Notes under the pieces: model-generated | Told to the model about the DNA's origin: nothing | The model's input: the letters and a program-made list of their open reading frames with translations, nothing else | Databases searched by the model: none | Assembly: GCA_965223545.1 (NCBI GenBank) | Contig: OZ245006.1 | Coordinates: forward strand, 6,048,001 to 6,112,000 | From: Planctomycetota bacterium | GTDB taxonomy: Bacteria; Planctomycetota; UBA1135; UBA2386 | Direction of reading: 5' to 3' | DNA: 64,000 nucleotides | In this document: positions 31,030-41,588 of the stretch, piece after piece | Layout: each line of letters begins with the position of its first letter | How positions within the stretch are numbered: position 1 is the stretch's first letter | Translations under genes and position numbers: made by a program

Positions 31030-31102
31030 GGGGTGGGGAAGGCGGACCTGTCGTCGTTTTCGTCACTGGTCGAGGGCCTACTTGAGCGGGTCGATGCGGA
31101 GG

Positions 31103-32779
31103 TCAGCGACCTTTGCCATCTCGCTCACGCCGCGCGCGCTCGAAGCGTGCCAAGCGCTCCTGGAACAGGGCGCGCTTGTGCGGCACCACTTCCGCGAGGG
31201 CTTTCCTCTGCAGCTCGATGGCGGCGTCGACCTGCCCGTTCTCGAACTTCGCCAGCGCCAACGTGTCGAGCATGTAGGGGAACGGCCGCGGCGTGGCTTC
31301 GAGGATCGCGTCCGCAGCCAGCAGGGCGAGATCGGGGAAGCGTCCCCTGGTCTCCGGTGCGTCGAGCAGCCGCCAAGCGAAGCCGTTGAGCGCAATCGCA
31401 TCGCCGCGCAGGGCCTCGATCGCCGCGAGCCCCGCCGCGTGGGCTTCTTCGGAACGGATGCGGACCAGCGCGTCGAACTGCGCGAGCATTGCCGCGGGGT
31501 CGGCCTTGCGCATGGCTTCGTAGACGGCCCGTTCGAACTCGGGGATGCGGTGGCGCAGCGCGCCATCGGCCAGCAAGCTCTGCTCGAGCTCGCCGAGGGC
31601 CGGCAGGTCGGGCCCGATCGCCGCGATGAGCTGGTGGCCCGTTGCCTGCGCGGCAGCTTCGTCGCCCGAGCGGACGAGGGCGCGCAGCTTGGTGTACAGC
31701 AGCGCCGGCGATCCGGCTCGGTCGGCGAGCGCGCGGTCCACCGCCGCCAGCGTGGCGGTAATGAGTGCGGTGGCGTGGCGCGATCCGTCCAGCGTGCTCG
31801 CCAACCGGCCCAGCGCGAACGGTTCGGAGGTCGCCTCGACCAGTTCTTTGGCGACCGCCGCCGCGCGCTCGACCTCGGCGCGCGCATCCAGCGCGCGCAG
31901 CTGCGCCAGCCGCACGGCGAAGCCGCCCTGCTCGGCGAGCGGTTCGAGCGCCGCTGCCGCCGCCCCGATTGCGGCCGTAGCGTCGCGCGGAAGCAGGTAG
32001 AGCTCGCAGAACAGCGCTGCCTCGTGCGGGCGCTCGGCCATCGCACGCAGTGCGGCCGCGGCGACCTCGCGCGCCCGCTCGGGGTCCTGCGCGAGATCGG
32101 CGAAGGCGGCGTACTTGGTACCCCATGCGAGCCCCGCGTCGCCCTGCAACGCCAGGAGCTCGTCCGCCAAGCCGGCGAGCGCCGGCGCGTCGCCCAGGCG
32201 ATGCGCGCGGCTGATCGCCGGCCAGGCATCGCGGTAGCGCCGCGCGAATTCGATGTCGAAGCTGCCGTCCAGCAGGCGTTCCACGATCGGCTCGAGCAGC
32301 TCCGGAGTCGGTGCGATCCAGGCGATGCGAGGCGGCGTCGAGGCGTTGTCGATCACGAAGCGGCACGGCAGACCGCGCTCGCGCGCCGCTTCCATGTAAG
32401 CGCGCTGTGTCGCACCGTCCCGGTCGGCGCCGAGCGCGAAGCGAGGACCGTCCGCGGCGGCACCGCGCGGCGACACCATCCTCTCCTGCGGGCACTCGAT
32501 TCCCACCACGCGCACACCGCGGTCGCGCAGCCGGCCCTCCAGCTCATTGAGCCGTGGTACGGCCGCGCGGCACGGGCGGCACGTGGCCGCGGTGAACTCG
32601 AGGATCAGGACGCGCGCCGGCTCCGCCGTGCCAACCTGGACGGCCTCGCCTTGGATCCAGGCGGCGACGTCGAGCGGCGGGGCCGGCGAGCCGATGGTGA
32701 GCGGCTGCGCACCGAGCGCCGTCGCGAAGATGCCCACGACGAAGGCGGCCAGGCCGGGATTGTTCAGCGCTCGGTCCAC
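31103..32779 (-). CDS. Exported TlpA/redoxin-domain protein with TPR-like repeats
   Basis: LTIGSPAPPL, LEFTAATCRPC (CxxC), and C-terminal LNGFAW...LDTLA TPR. Confidence 0.82.
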   Translation of the reverse strand: MDRALNNPGLAAFVVGIFATALGAQPLTIGSPAPPLDVAAWIQGEAVQVGTAEPARVLILEFTAATCRPCRAAVPRLNELEGRLRDRGVRVVGIECPQERMVSPRGAAADGPRFALGADRDGATQRAYMEAARERGLPCRFVIDNASTPPRIAWIAPTPELLEPIVERLLDGSFDIEFARRYRDAWPAISRAHRLGDAPALAGLADELLALQGDAGLAWGTKYAAFADLAQDPERAREVAAAALRAMAERPHEAALFCELYLLPRDATAAIGAAAAALEPLAEQGGFAVRLAQLRALDARAEVERAAAVAKELVEATSEPFALGRLASTLDGSRHATALITATLAAVDRALADRAGSPALLYTKLRALVRSGDEAAAQATGHQLIAAIGPDLPALGELEQSLLADGALRHRIPEFERAVYEAMRKADPAAMLAQFDALVRIRSEEAHAAGLAAIEALRGDAIALNGFAWRLLDAPETRGRFPDLALLAADAILEATPRPFPYMLDTLALAKFENGQVDAAIELQRKALAEVVPHKRALFQERLARFERARRERDGKGR

Positions 32780-32840
32780 CGCCCTTGTCCTGCAGGTTCG
32801 GTCCGCGCTCGGTGCGCGCGCGGATGGCAACGATGTCCGT

Positions 32841-35800
32841 CTAACGCACACGCAAGTGCCCTACGCGTTCGCGTTCCCGGTCGGTCAGCGGGCCGACGTC
32901 GAGCGCCGCGACAGTCTTCTTCAGCGGCGCCGCGGTCAGCGACCACCAGCGCACTGTGCCGTCGCGGCCCGCGCTCACGAGCTGGCCACTCCGCGTGAAC
33001 GCCACGCTGTGGACGCCCGCGTGCTGGAGCTGGACGATCGTCGTTGCCGCATCGACGTCCCAGACCCGGATGTTCCCGTCCGCCGACAGCGTCGCGAGCA
33101 GGGTGCCGTCGAGGGAGAACGCGGCGCCGGTGACGCCGCTCTGGTGGCCGGCCAAGGCGACCGGCGTCTCGCGGTCCGCGCGCAGGTCCCATACGTACGC
33201 GGTCGCCTGCAACGTGCCGACCATCACGCGGCCGTGGTCGTTGGACAACGCCGTGCAGGTGGGCAAGAACTGCAAGGGAGCGCGCCAGGACTCGGCCCAC
33301 TGCGTGCCGTCGAACGACCACAGCCCCAGCTCGCGCTGGAAGGCGAGCGTCACCGCTCTGCCGTCCGCTGCGACGGCCGGGCGGCCTGCCCTCTCGTCGC
33401 AGAACAACGTGAACTCCCCATCACGCCAGAGCTCGACCTGGCCCAGGTTCGCCGTGAGCCAGCTGCCGTCCGCCAGCGGGTACATGGTTCTTCCGAGGGC
33501 GAACGGTAACACGTGCTCTCGGGTGGGGGGGGCTCCCGGCAGCTGCGAGGTGCTCGCCACGGCGACGCGCTTCTTGCTCTCGAAGGCGTAGGCGAACTCA
33601 TCCTCGCTCAGGAAGCGCGCCAGCGGCCTTCCGCGCTCCGAGGCGAGTCCACCGAACTGCCACTGACCGAGGTCGGCGCGCCGCTCTTCCAGTAGCCGGC
33701 CGGCGGCATCGCAGACGAAGACCTTGCGCTGGATGTCGGAGACGACCACCACGCGCTCGCCCAACGGTGAGAGCGCGACCGCGGGATCGCCGAGCCCGAC
33801 GAGGGCGGGGACGCCAGGAAGGGCACGGAGATCCGAGAGCTTGACGACGCCGCGGGTGGAGTAGCACAGGCCACCCTCCGGCGACCAGACCGGGAACTCG
33901 GCGTCGGGCAAGACATCGAGCTCGCGGCCTTCGAGGTCCCACACGTGGGCGACTCTGCCGCGCATTCCACCGACGATCCGCCGGCCGTCGGGAGAGAAGT
34001 GCGAGAAGCCGAACTGCTCGAGGCCGGCCTCCCAGGTGGCCAGCAGCTCGAGCGAGTTGCCGTCGTACATCGCGTGACGGCCTCCCGCGCACTGTACGAG
34101 CAGCAGGGCTCCCGATGGGGCGAACTCCCCGTTCCTCACGCAGTCTCGCTCACTGCGCCAGGGCAAGGTCTGCTGGCCGATCGGCTTGCCATCCAAGTCG
34201 AACATGCGGACCGTCCCGACGCCGTGCATCACCACGAGGCGGTTGTGCGAAGCGATGACGAAGCGTGCGTAGCCGCCCGGGCTCGCGATGCGTCGCTTGC
34301 CGTCCGCGCTCCAGACAGAGCCAGCTGCCGCGAACCGACCGTCCGGCAGAAACTCGGCGTCGAACCACGGCCCCCTCTGTGGCAGCGTCTCGAGGATGCG
34401 GCCGCCGCCGTCGCGCGTCCACAGGCTCACCTTGCGCCGAGATACCACCAGGAAGCGGGGGTCGGCCGGATCCTTCGGGAAACGGATGCTGAAGATCCCC
34501 TGACCATCGGCGGCGGAGAGCTTGGGCAGTACCCGCGGCTGGTCGCCGCTGAGGTCGTACCGGTGCACCCACACGCCCCCCTCGACGGGATTCTCGAACA
34601 ACGGGTCGGGGAACCAGACCCCCTGATCGGCCAGCGCGAGCTCGGAGCTGTCGGCCGAGAACGCGACGACTCGGCGCCGCAGCGCCGCCCAGCCGCGCCA
34701 GCCGGTGTCTTCGAGCGGCAGCGCGGTGAGGCGATCGCCGTCCCGGCGGAACAAGCGCGGCGGCTCGAACACTGCCGCGACCAGCAGGAAGCGACCGTCC
34801 GGCGAGAACTCGACCCGCGTCGTCCGCGGCTCCCTGGCGAGGACGTCGCACTGCCGCAGCCCGAACATGACCTCCTGGACACCGGCGACGATCGCGGGGT
34901 CGTCGTCGAGCTGCAATGCCTCGCGCGCGTACTTGAAAGCGAGTACCGGGTCCTGCTCCGCGACCTGCCGCGCGGCTCCCATCCAGGCCAGCGCGCGGAA
35001 CTCGGTGGCGTTGCGTGCCGCGAGCGCCTCGGAGGTCATGCTCTGGCGCAGGAAGACCAGTGACGCGAGCAAACCGATCAGGGTTGCCGTGAGGATCCCG
35101 GCCGCGGCGCGGTTGCGCTGGCACCAGCGGAGGGAGCGCAGCGCGAGGGTCGGCCGGCGGCTGTGGATCGGCTCGTGGGCGAGGATGCGGCGCAGCTCGT
35201 CGGCGAACTCCTCGGCCGTGGCGAAGCGGTCGCCGGGCCGCTTCTGCAGTGCTTTTTCCAGCAGCACGCAGAGCTCGCCGCTGATCCCGCGGTCGAGGGA
35301 GCGGGGGTCGGTGGGCGGCTCGGCCAGGATCTTGCGGTACAGGTCCTCGCGTGCCGACGAGTCGAACGGACTGTGCAGCGTCAAGCACTCGTAGAGCAAC
35401 ACGCCGAGCGCGTAGACGTCGGCCCGGCGGTCGACCGCGCCGCCCACGACTTGCTCTGGCGCCATGTAGGCAGGTGTGCCGAGCCGCTCGCCGGGGCGCG
35501 TGAGTGACGACACGTCCGCGCCGGCGTCGCGGGCGAGCCCGAAGTCGACCAACACCGGCTCACCGTCGCCGTCGATCAGCACATTGCCGGGCTTGACGTC
35601 GCGCTGGATCAGCCCCGCCAGGTGCGCGGCGTGCAGCGCCCGGGCGAGCTTCTCGACCAAAGCGACCTGGTCGAGCAGGCGGGCCTGGCTGCTGGCGCTC
35701 GCGGTGCTGGACGCGCGCTGCTGCCGGCACTGGTCGATCACGTCGGCCAGGGTCGGTCCGTCGACGAAGCGCATCGCCAGGTAGGGCACGCCGTCGATCT

Positions 35801-36212
35801 CGTCGGCCTCGTAGATGGAGCAGATGTTGGGGTGGTGGAGGCGGCTCGCGGAGAGCACCTCGCGGCCGAACCGCTGTCGCGAGCCAGCGAAGTACAGCTG
35901 CTCGCGGCGGATCACCTTGAGTGCGACCCGGCGGTCGAGCTTCTCGTCGTGCGCTTCGTAGACCACACCCATGCCGCCGCCACCGACCTGGCGCAGCAGG
36001 CGGAAGTGACCGAGGCGTTCGGGGCCGCTGCGGTCCTCGACCGCGGCCGGCGGGTCGACGATGCCGAGCTCGATCAGCTGGGTGAAGCGCCGGCGGATCT
36101 CGGTGGCCTCGCCGGGGTGCGCGTCGCAGAGCTGATCCACCGAGGCGGTCCACGCATCGGGCGGGCGGTCGAGGCAGCCGGCCAGCAGGTTGTCGACGAA
36201 GTCACGCTGCAC
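32841..36212 (-). CDS. Hanks-type Ser/Thr protein kinase with WD40 repeats
   Basis: VGGGGMGVVY, VALKVI, QRDVKPGN, DFGLAR, GTPAYMAPEQ and DVYALG; TM; GH..V...FS.DG WD40 repeats. Confidence 0.92.
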   Translation of the reverse strand: MQRDFVDNLLAGCLDRPPDAWTASVDQLCDAHPGEATEIRRRFTQLIELGIVDPPAAVEDRSGPERLGHFRLLRQVGGGGMGVVYEAHDEKLDRRVALKVIRREQLYFAGSRQRFGREVLSASRLHHPNICSIYEADEIDGVPYLAMRFVDGPTLADVIDQCRQQRASSTASASSQARLLDQVALVEKLARALHAAHLAGLIQRDVKPGNVLIDGDGEPVLVDFGLARDAGADVSSLTRPGERLGTPAYMAPEQVVGGAVDRRADVYALGVLLYECLTLHSPFDSSAREDLYRKILAEPPTDPRSLDRGISGELCVLLEKALQKRPGDRFATAEEFADELRRILAHEPIHSRRPTLALRSLRWCQRNRAAAGILTATLIGLLASLVFLRQSMTSEALAARNATEFRALAWMGAARQVAEQDPVLAFKYAREALQLDDDPAIVAGVQEVMFGLRQCDVLAREPRTTRVEFSPDGRFLLVAAVFEPPRLFRRDGDRLTALPLEDTGWRGWAALRRRVVAFSADSSELALADQGVWFPDPLFENPVEGGVWVHRYDLSGDQPRVLPKLSAADGQGIFSIRFPKDPADPRFLVVSRRKVSLWTRDGGGRILETLPQRGPWFDAEFLPDGRFAAAGSVWSADGKRRIASPGGYARFVIASHNRLVVMHGVGTVRMFDLDGKPIGQQTLPWRSERDCVRNGEFAPSGALLLVQCAGGRHAMYDGNSLELLATWEAGLEQFGFSHFSPDGRRIVGGMRGRVAHVWDLEGRELDVLPDAEFPVWSPEGGLCYSTRGVVKLSDLRALPGVPALVGLGDPAVALSPLGERVVVVSDIQRKVFVCDAAGRLLEERRADLGQWQFGGLASERGRPLARFLSEDEFAYAFESKKRVAVASTSQLPGAPPTREHVLPFALGRTMYPLADGSWLTANLGQVELWRDGEFTLFCDERAGRPAVAADGRAVTLAFQRELGLWSFDGTQWAESWRAPLQFLPTCTALSNDHGRVMVGTLQATAYVWDLRADRETPVALAGHQSGVTGAAFSLDGTLLATLSADGNIRVWDVDAATTIVQLQHAGVHSVAFTRSGQLVSAGRDGTVRWWSLTAAPLKKTVAALDVGPLTDRERERVGHLRVR

Positions 36213-36425
36213 GACGGCGAGAAGAGTGGGAAGACGGGCACTGCACGGTAGCGCAGGGGCGGATCGCCTGCATGAGTCCGGGCCGCCTGCAGATGGAGTC
36301 GGAGCAGGCCGGCGACCTCGCGAGATTTCTCGGTCATTTCGCAGGTTGTCCGTGGCAGCGGTGCAACTCCGCACCGGAAGCCATGGCGCAGCGCGCCACA
36401 ATCCGGTGCTCTACACTGCGACGCC

Positions 36426-37073
36426 GTGGAGGACATCGCTGGACCCGGACGCGCGCCGCGTCGGCGGGACGACCGCACCGAGCTCATGCTCGACGCCGCC
36501 GCGCGCCGCGAGCCGGGCGCCCTCGACCAGCTGATCGAGGAACACCTGGGCGACATCCGCGCTTTCGTCCGGCTGCAGGTCGACCCCGCGCTGCGCGCTC
36601 GCGAGTCGCAGTCCGACATCGTCCAGTCGGTCTGCCGCGAGGTGCTCGAGCACCTGCCGCAGTTCGAGTTCCGTGGCACCGGCAGCTTCCGCGCCTGGCT
36701 GTTCACCGCCGCGCTGAACAAGGTGCGGCAGAAGGGTGAGTTCCACCGCGCACAGAAGCGCGACGTCGCGCGCGAAGTGCGCGCTGACTCCGCGGTCCAG
36801 GGCGACGCGGTGGGCCCCGGGCTCTACGCGAGCCTTTGTCACGTCGGCCCCAGCCCCAGTGAGCACGCGATCGCGCACGAGCAGGCGGCGCGCATCGAGC
36901 AGGCGATCGATGCGCTCCCCGCCGACTACCGGCAGGCGCTGCTGCTCGCGCGGCTGGTGGGCCTCACACACAAGGAGATCGCCGAGCGCATGGACCGCAC
37001 CGAGGCCTCGGTGCGGAGCCTGATCAGCCGCGCCAGCCTCGGGCTGCTGGCGCGACTCGAAGAACGCGACTGA
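36426..37073 (+). CDS. ECF RNA polymerase sigma factor (kinase-associated type)
   Basis: SQSDIVQSV, FRAWLF and LPADYRQALLL...GLTHKEIAERMDRT. It is divergent from the kinase gene. Confidence 0.9.
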   Translation: MEDIAGPGRAPRRRDDRTELMLDAAARREPGALDQLIEEHLGDIRAFVRLQVDPALRARESQSDIVQSVCREVLEHLPQFEFRGTGSFRAWLFTAALNKVRQKGEFHRAQKRDVAREVRADSAVQGDAVGPGLYASLCHVGPSPSEHAIAHEQAARIEQAIDALPADYRQALLLARLVGLTHKEIAERMDRTEASVRSLISRASLGLLARLEERD

Positions 37074-37085
37074 CCGGAGTCGCCG

Positions 37086-39619
37086 TCAGAACACCAGCGC
37101 GTCGCTCGCCGCGAGCAGGCCGGTGCCACACGCTGGCGTGGCGAGCCATACGAACTGGCTACCGAGTCCGCCCGTGAGCGGTACGGCCGGCGGCACCGCC
37201 AGCCGGATCCGCGGCGCCGCGACCGCCAGCTGCACCGCCGACGCGAGCCACAGGTCGATGCCCAGCACGTTGGCGGGCGAGGCGAGCGGTAGGCCGATCA
37301 GCAAGACACCCGGCGTCCCCGGCCACTCGTTGCAGAGCAACTCGAACGCGCCGCCGGAGACGGGCATCGCGCTGATCTGCAGGTCCAGGTCGTCGCAGGC
37401 ACCCGAGCCAGCGCCGAGGCGGGTGACGTTGGTCGGGATCAGGTCCACGACGCTGATGAACGCGTCCGCCGCGCCACCGCCCAGGAACGGCTGGAACGTG
37501 CTCGGCGAGATGGGATGGGCGAGCGAGCCGGTGGCGCCGACCAGCACGGCCCGGCCGTCCGGCCGCACGGCGAGGTCGGTGATGAACGTCGGGCCATCGT
37601 CCAGGTAGCTGGCGTAATGCAGGTCGGCCGTCCCACCTCCCGCGGGGTCGAGACGCGCCACGGCGCCCGCGGGGTCGCCGCCACCCGGATGGACCGGGAT
37701 GGAGGCGCCCGCGGTGGTGGGCAGCCCCGGCTTCGCGATCAGGCTCACCAGGAGCACACCCGAACTCTCCGCCGTGATCGCCATGGACCCGTCGTCATCG
37801 GGCCCACCGAGGAATGTCGAGTAGCGCAGCGAGGCCGCGCCTGCGGCGGTCGGATCCAGCACCGAGACCACGCAGTCCATGCCGCCGCCGCCGTAGGTCG
37901 ACTGGAACGCGCCCGGCGTCGACGGGTACGTCCCGTCGCGGGTGAAGCCCGACACCGCGAGGTCGCCGTCGGGGGTGACCGCGACCTCCTCGACCGCGTC
38001 CTCGGTCTGGCCACCGAGGTAGGTCGAGTACTGCTGGTTGCTCAGCGTCGCGTCGAGCACGCTGACGAACATGTCCTTGCGGCCCGCGACGCTCGTGCTG
38101 AACGCCGTCCCGGTCACCGGGAAGTCGCGAGAGCGCGTGACGCCCGCGACCGCGATCTCGCCGCCCGGCATGACCGCGACGTCGATGAGGTTGGCGTTGA
38201 ACATGGCGATTGCGGCGAGCCAACCCTCGACGGACTGTCCACCGAGGAAGGTCGAGCGCAGCAGCTGGTTGGCCGCCGGGAAGCGCGGGTCGAAACGCAA
38301 CACGAAGGCGTCCAGCTGCCCGCCGCCGAAGGCCGGCTGGAAGGCGCCGGTCGTCGTCGGAAACCCCGGAGACGCCGTGTAGCCCGCGATCGCGAAGCCA
38401 CCCGCGGGGTGCGTCTCGATGGCCGCGGCCCGATCGTGGGCCGTGCTGCCGAGGTAGGTCGCGTAGGTGAGCCCGCCGGTTGCGTCGAGCTGCGTCACGG
38501 TTGCGTCGACCAGGCCGGCGTTGGCCGGCTGGTATGCACTCGCGGTCGTGGGGAAGTCGGTCGAAACGGAGGCGCCGACCACCGTCGTCGACCCGTTGGC
38601 GGTGACTTGCATGTCGAACGCGACGTCGTCGGCGCTGCCGCCCACCACGGTCGACCAACGGAGCTGTTCGCCGGCGCGATCGTCGGGTCGGGGTTCACGC
38701 AGGTGACGAAGAGGTTGTAGCCAAGGGGCAACGGACCCACCGTCCCGGGGAAGTCGATGCTGCTCGTCCACCCGGTAATGTAGGCCAGGTCGTTGTCGTC
38801 CAGGACGACCGCGAACGCGGTATCGTTGCCGGTGCCGCCGAGGTACGACCCGTACTCGATGACCGGGTCCACGACCAACGGCAAGCCGCGGTCGACCCGG
38901 TCGACTTCGACCGCGAAGCGTTGCGCGTCGACGACGGCGAAGCGCGAGGCCACCGGGCGCGGGCCACCATCGGTGACCTCCCAGCTCCGGGGTGCGGTGA
39001 GCGACACCTGTCCGAGTTCGGTGTCGATCAGCAGCCGGCCGTCTGGGGCGACTCGCAGCGCGTTTGCCCCGTCGATCCGTGTCACCACCGACGCCGCCGA
39101 CGCTCCGGGCGCCACGTGGAGGTCGTAGGCCAGTCGGCCGTCGCGGTGCTGCCACACGGCGTCGACACCGGGCGCGACGCCGGGCTGCACGGTCCGGGCG
39201 TAGGAGGGCACGCCCGATGTCCACGCGCTCGGGTCGGACCCGAGGTAGAAATTGAAGAACCCGGCTTGGCGATCCTCGCCTCGCGCCGGAGCGGAGCCCG
39301 CGGCGTTCTCGAAGGTCCAGCGCAGCGCCAGCGCCTCGCGCTCGGCAGAGGGGATGGGGTAGCCGTCACCTCCGTTGCCGGGTTCCGTGGTCGTTGCGCG
39401 GACGAGCACGAGGGTCAGCCCGTCGTCGTGCAGCCAGGCCGTGGTGGTCGGTCCTCGGGCGCGGAAGCGGACCGAGGCCGGCCACTGGCCGTGGTTCGCC
39501 ACGAAGCTCGGGGCGGTGCCACGGTCGACTTGGCGCTGCGACCACGCTGGCGCGGCCAGCGCGACCAACGCGGCCGGGACCAGAGCAAACGAGTGGAACG
39601 GGAGGGTATGGGGCTTCAT
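37086..39619 (-). pseudogene. Secreted SBBP (beta-propeller) repeat protein with a 1-nt frameshift near 38666
   Basis: The 5' ORF has a signal, FVANHGQW and LVVDPVIEYGSYLGG. The 3' ORF has STYLGG and SPGFPTT.GAFQ repeats. They join if one base is restored. Confidence 0.85.
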
Positions 39620-39713
39620 CCTGGGCCTCTGGGAAAACGGTGACCCCTACAAAGTCGGAGCGCCACCCGGGGCTCGCGGGATTTCCAGCTGGCCGTTGTC
39701 GTTCTCGAAACCG

Positions 39714-41588
39714 TCAAGGTCCCACTCGAGCAGCGGTGGGCGGCGCCGTGACGATCAGCGGCGACGGTGCGTCGGTTGCCTGCGCCGGTGCGCGGCGCCA
39801 CGCACGGGCGGGTTCGAGCAGCCGGAATGCGAGCCATCCCGGCAAGCCGAGCAGTAGCGTGCCGCCGACCCAGGCGCGCCGGCGCGCGGCGGGCATGGCG
39901 AGTGCTCGCGCCCGGCGGTGCGTTCCGATCGCCAGCCACACGCCGATCGCCAGCGGCAGCAGCGCCAGCCACGGGTAGAAGCCGCCGGTGAGCACGACGT
40001 CGAACAAGCCGCCGTAGCGTGACCCGCGGACCCTGGGTGGGAGCGCGCAGCTCAGCGCCCCGAGCAGCGGCGGCCGCAGCGCGGTCGCGGCGAACAGCGG
40101 TGTCGCGCGCAGCCAGTCGCCCGCGCTGCGCAGGCGGTGCTCGTGGCGCAGACTGCTGCCGTCGGGGGCTTCGGCGATCACGGTCGCGCCGAGCGGCGCG
40201 CGGTCCAAGACCCGGACCTTCATTGCGGGCCGGACGTCTGCCTGCGCGGTCGCCACATCGTTTGTCTCTGCCGGTGTGGCCGTGACGCCGCCCTCGATCT
40301 GATGCACGGTGTAGATCCCGCGTTCGCCGCGCACTCGCACGTCCTGAAACCACGCCGTCCCGTTGCGCTCGGTCTCGGGTCCCAAGTAGCGATCGTCCAG
40401 CTCCACCGGCACCAGCTGCGGCGCCGCGTACGGGTGCGGGATGTTGAGCAGCGCCCACAGCCGTCCGTTGCCGCGGTCGCCGATCACGGTCACCGCGTAC
40501 CACGACACCAACCCGTCGAGTGGGCCGACCCAACCGCCGTCCGGTGCGATCGCGGTGATGGCGCCGCGCGAGCGGTCGCGGACGAACACCGACGCTCCGT
40601 CCTCGCCGATCCATCCGTCGAACAGCGAGACGCGTGGCTCGGGTCGGTCGCAGCGGTCGTCGATCGGGTCGCGCGCGTAGGCCATGCCCCAGAACTCGGT
40701 GGGCCACGGCGCGTCCTGCACGGACAGCACGCCGCCGTCTTCGACCTGGCGCCACACCTCGCGCTGCGGTCCGCTGTCGATGCGCGCGGTCGTCACCCGG
40801 CCGTCTTCGGTCAGCACGACGCGCTGCAGGCCGCGCATGGTCCACTGCATCGCGTCTTCCTGCACCTGGTTGACGGCGAAGCTGACCACGCCGACGGCGG
40901 CCGCGGCGAGTGGCAGTCCGGCGAGCGCCAGCGGGCCCGCGGGGAGCGGCCGATCGCGGTCGCCCGCGTGCCGTTGGAGGCGCTGCGCGCCGAGGGTCAT
41001 CCACACCGCGCAGACCAGCATCCCCACGGTGTAGGTGGCGATCCCGGCGCTCTCGAGCGTGATGGTCGCGGTCGCCATCACCAGCGGCGCGAGCACGCCC
41101 AGCGCGAGCAGGCGGAGCAGCCAGTGGGTGGGGAGCGAGCCCGCGAGGTGGCCGGCGGCCGCGGTGGCGAGCGCGACGCTGCCGAGCAGGCCATAGTCGG
41201 CGACGCGCGGCCAGACCACGGCTGCGCTGCCGTCGATCGTCGCCGTGGCCGCGATCCCGGCGATCAACGGCGGCAGCCAGGCCCACGTGGCGACGGTTGC
41301 CGCGATCGCCACCGCGCGGGTCCAAAACAGGCGCGCGGCGGAGATCGGGCGGTGCTGCAGGTAGTCCTCGGTGCCGTAGAGCGATTCGCGCACGGCGGCG
41401 AAGAAGCCGAGCAGCGGGGCGACCAGCCACCACACCCACAGCAGCTCTTGGTAGGCCGAGTGCGCGAGGTTGAGCCAAGCGCGTTGGAAGCTCTGGCCGA
41501 GCAGCACGGTGGTCTGCACGATCAGGCCGGTGGCGGCGAACAGCAGGAGCCAATCGGCGTCCTTGCGCAGGAGTCCACGGGTCAGCAT
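39714..41588 (-). CDS. ABC transporter permease-like membrane protein
   Basis: Multiple TM helices and RESLYGTEDYLQHRPIS; coupled to the ABC ATPase gene. Confidence 0.75.
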   Translation of the reverse strand: MLTRGLLRKDADWLLLFAATGLIVQTTVLLGQSFQRAWLNLAHSAYQELLWVWWLVAPLLGFFAAVRESLYGTEDYLQHRPISAARLFWTRAVAIAATVATWAWLPPLIAGIAATATIDGSAAVVWPRVADYGLLGSVALATAAAGHLAGSLPTHWLLRLLALGVLAPLVMATATITLESAGIATYTVGMLVCAVWMTLGAQRLQRHAGDRDRPLPAGPLALAGLPLAAAAVGVVSFAVNQVQEDAMQWTMRGLQRVVLTEDGRVTTARIDSGPQREVWRQVEDGGVLSVQDAPWPTEFWGMAYARDPIDDRCDRPEPRVSLFDGWIGEDGASVFVRDRSRGAITAIAPDGGWVGPLDGLVSWYAVTVIGDRGNGRLWALLNIPHPYAAPQLVPVELDDRYLGPETERNGTAWFQDVRVRGERGIYTVHQIEGGVTATPAETNDVATAQADVRPAMKVRVLDRAPLGATVIAEAPDGSSLRHEHRLRSAGDWLRATPLFAATALRPPLLGALSCALPPRVRGSRYGGLFDVVLTGGFYPWLALLPLAIGVWLAIGTHRRARALAMPAARRRAWVGGTLLLGLPGWLAFRLLEPARAWRRAPAQATDAPSPLIVTAPPTAARVGP

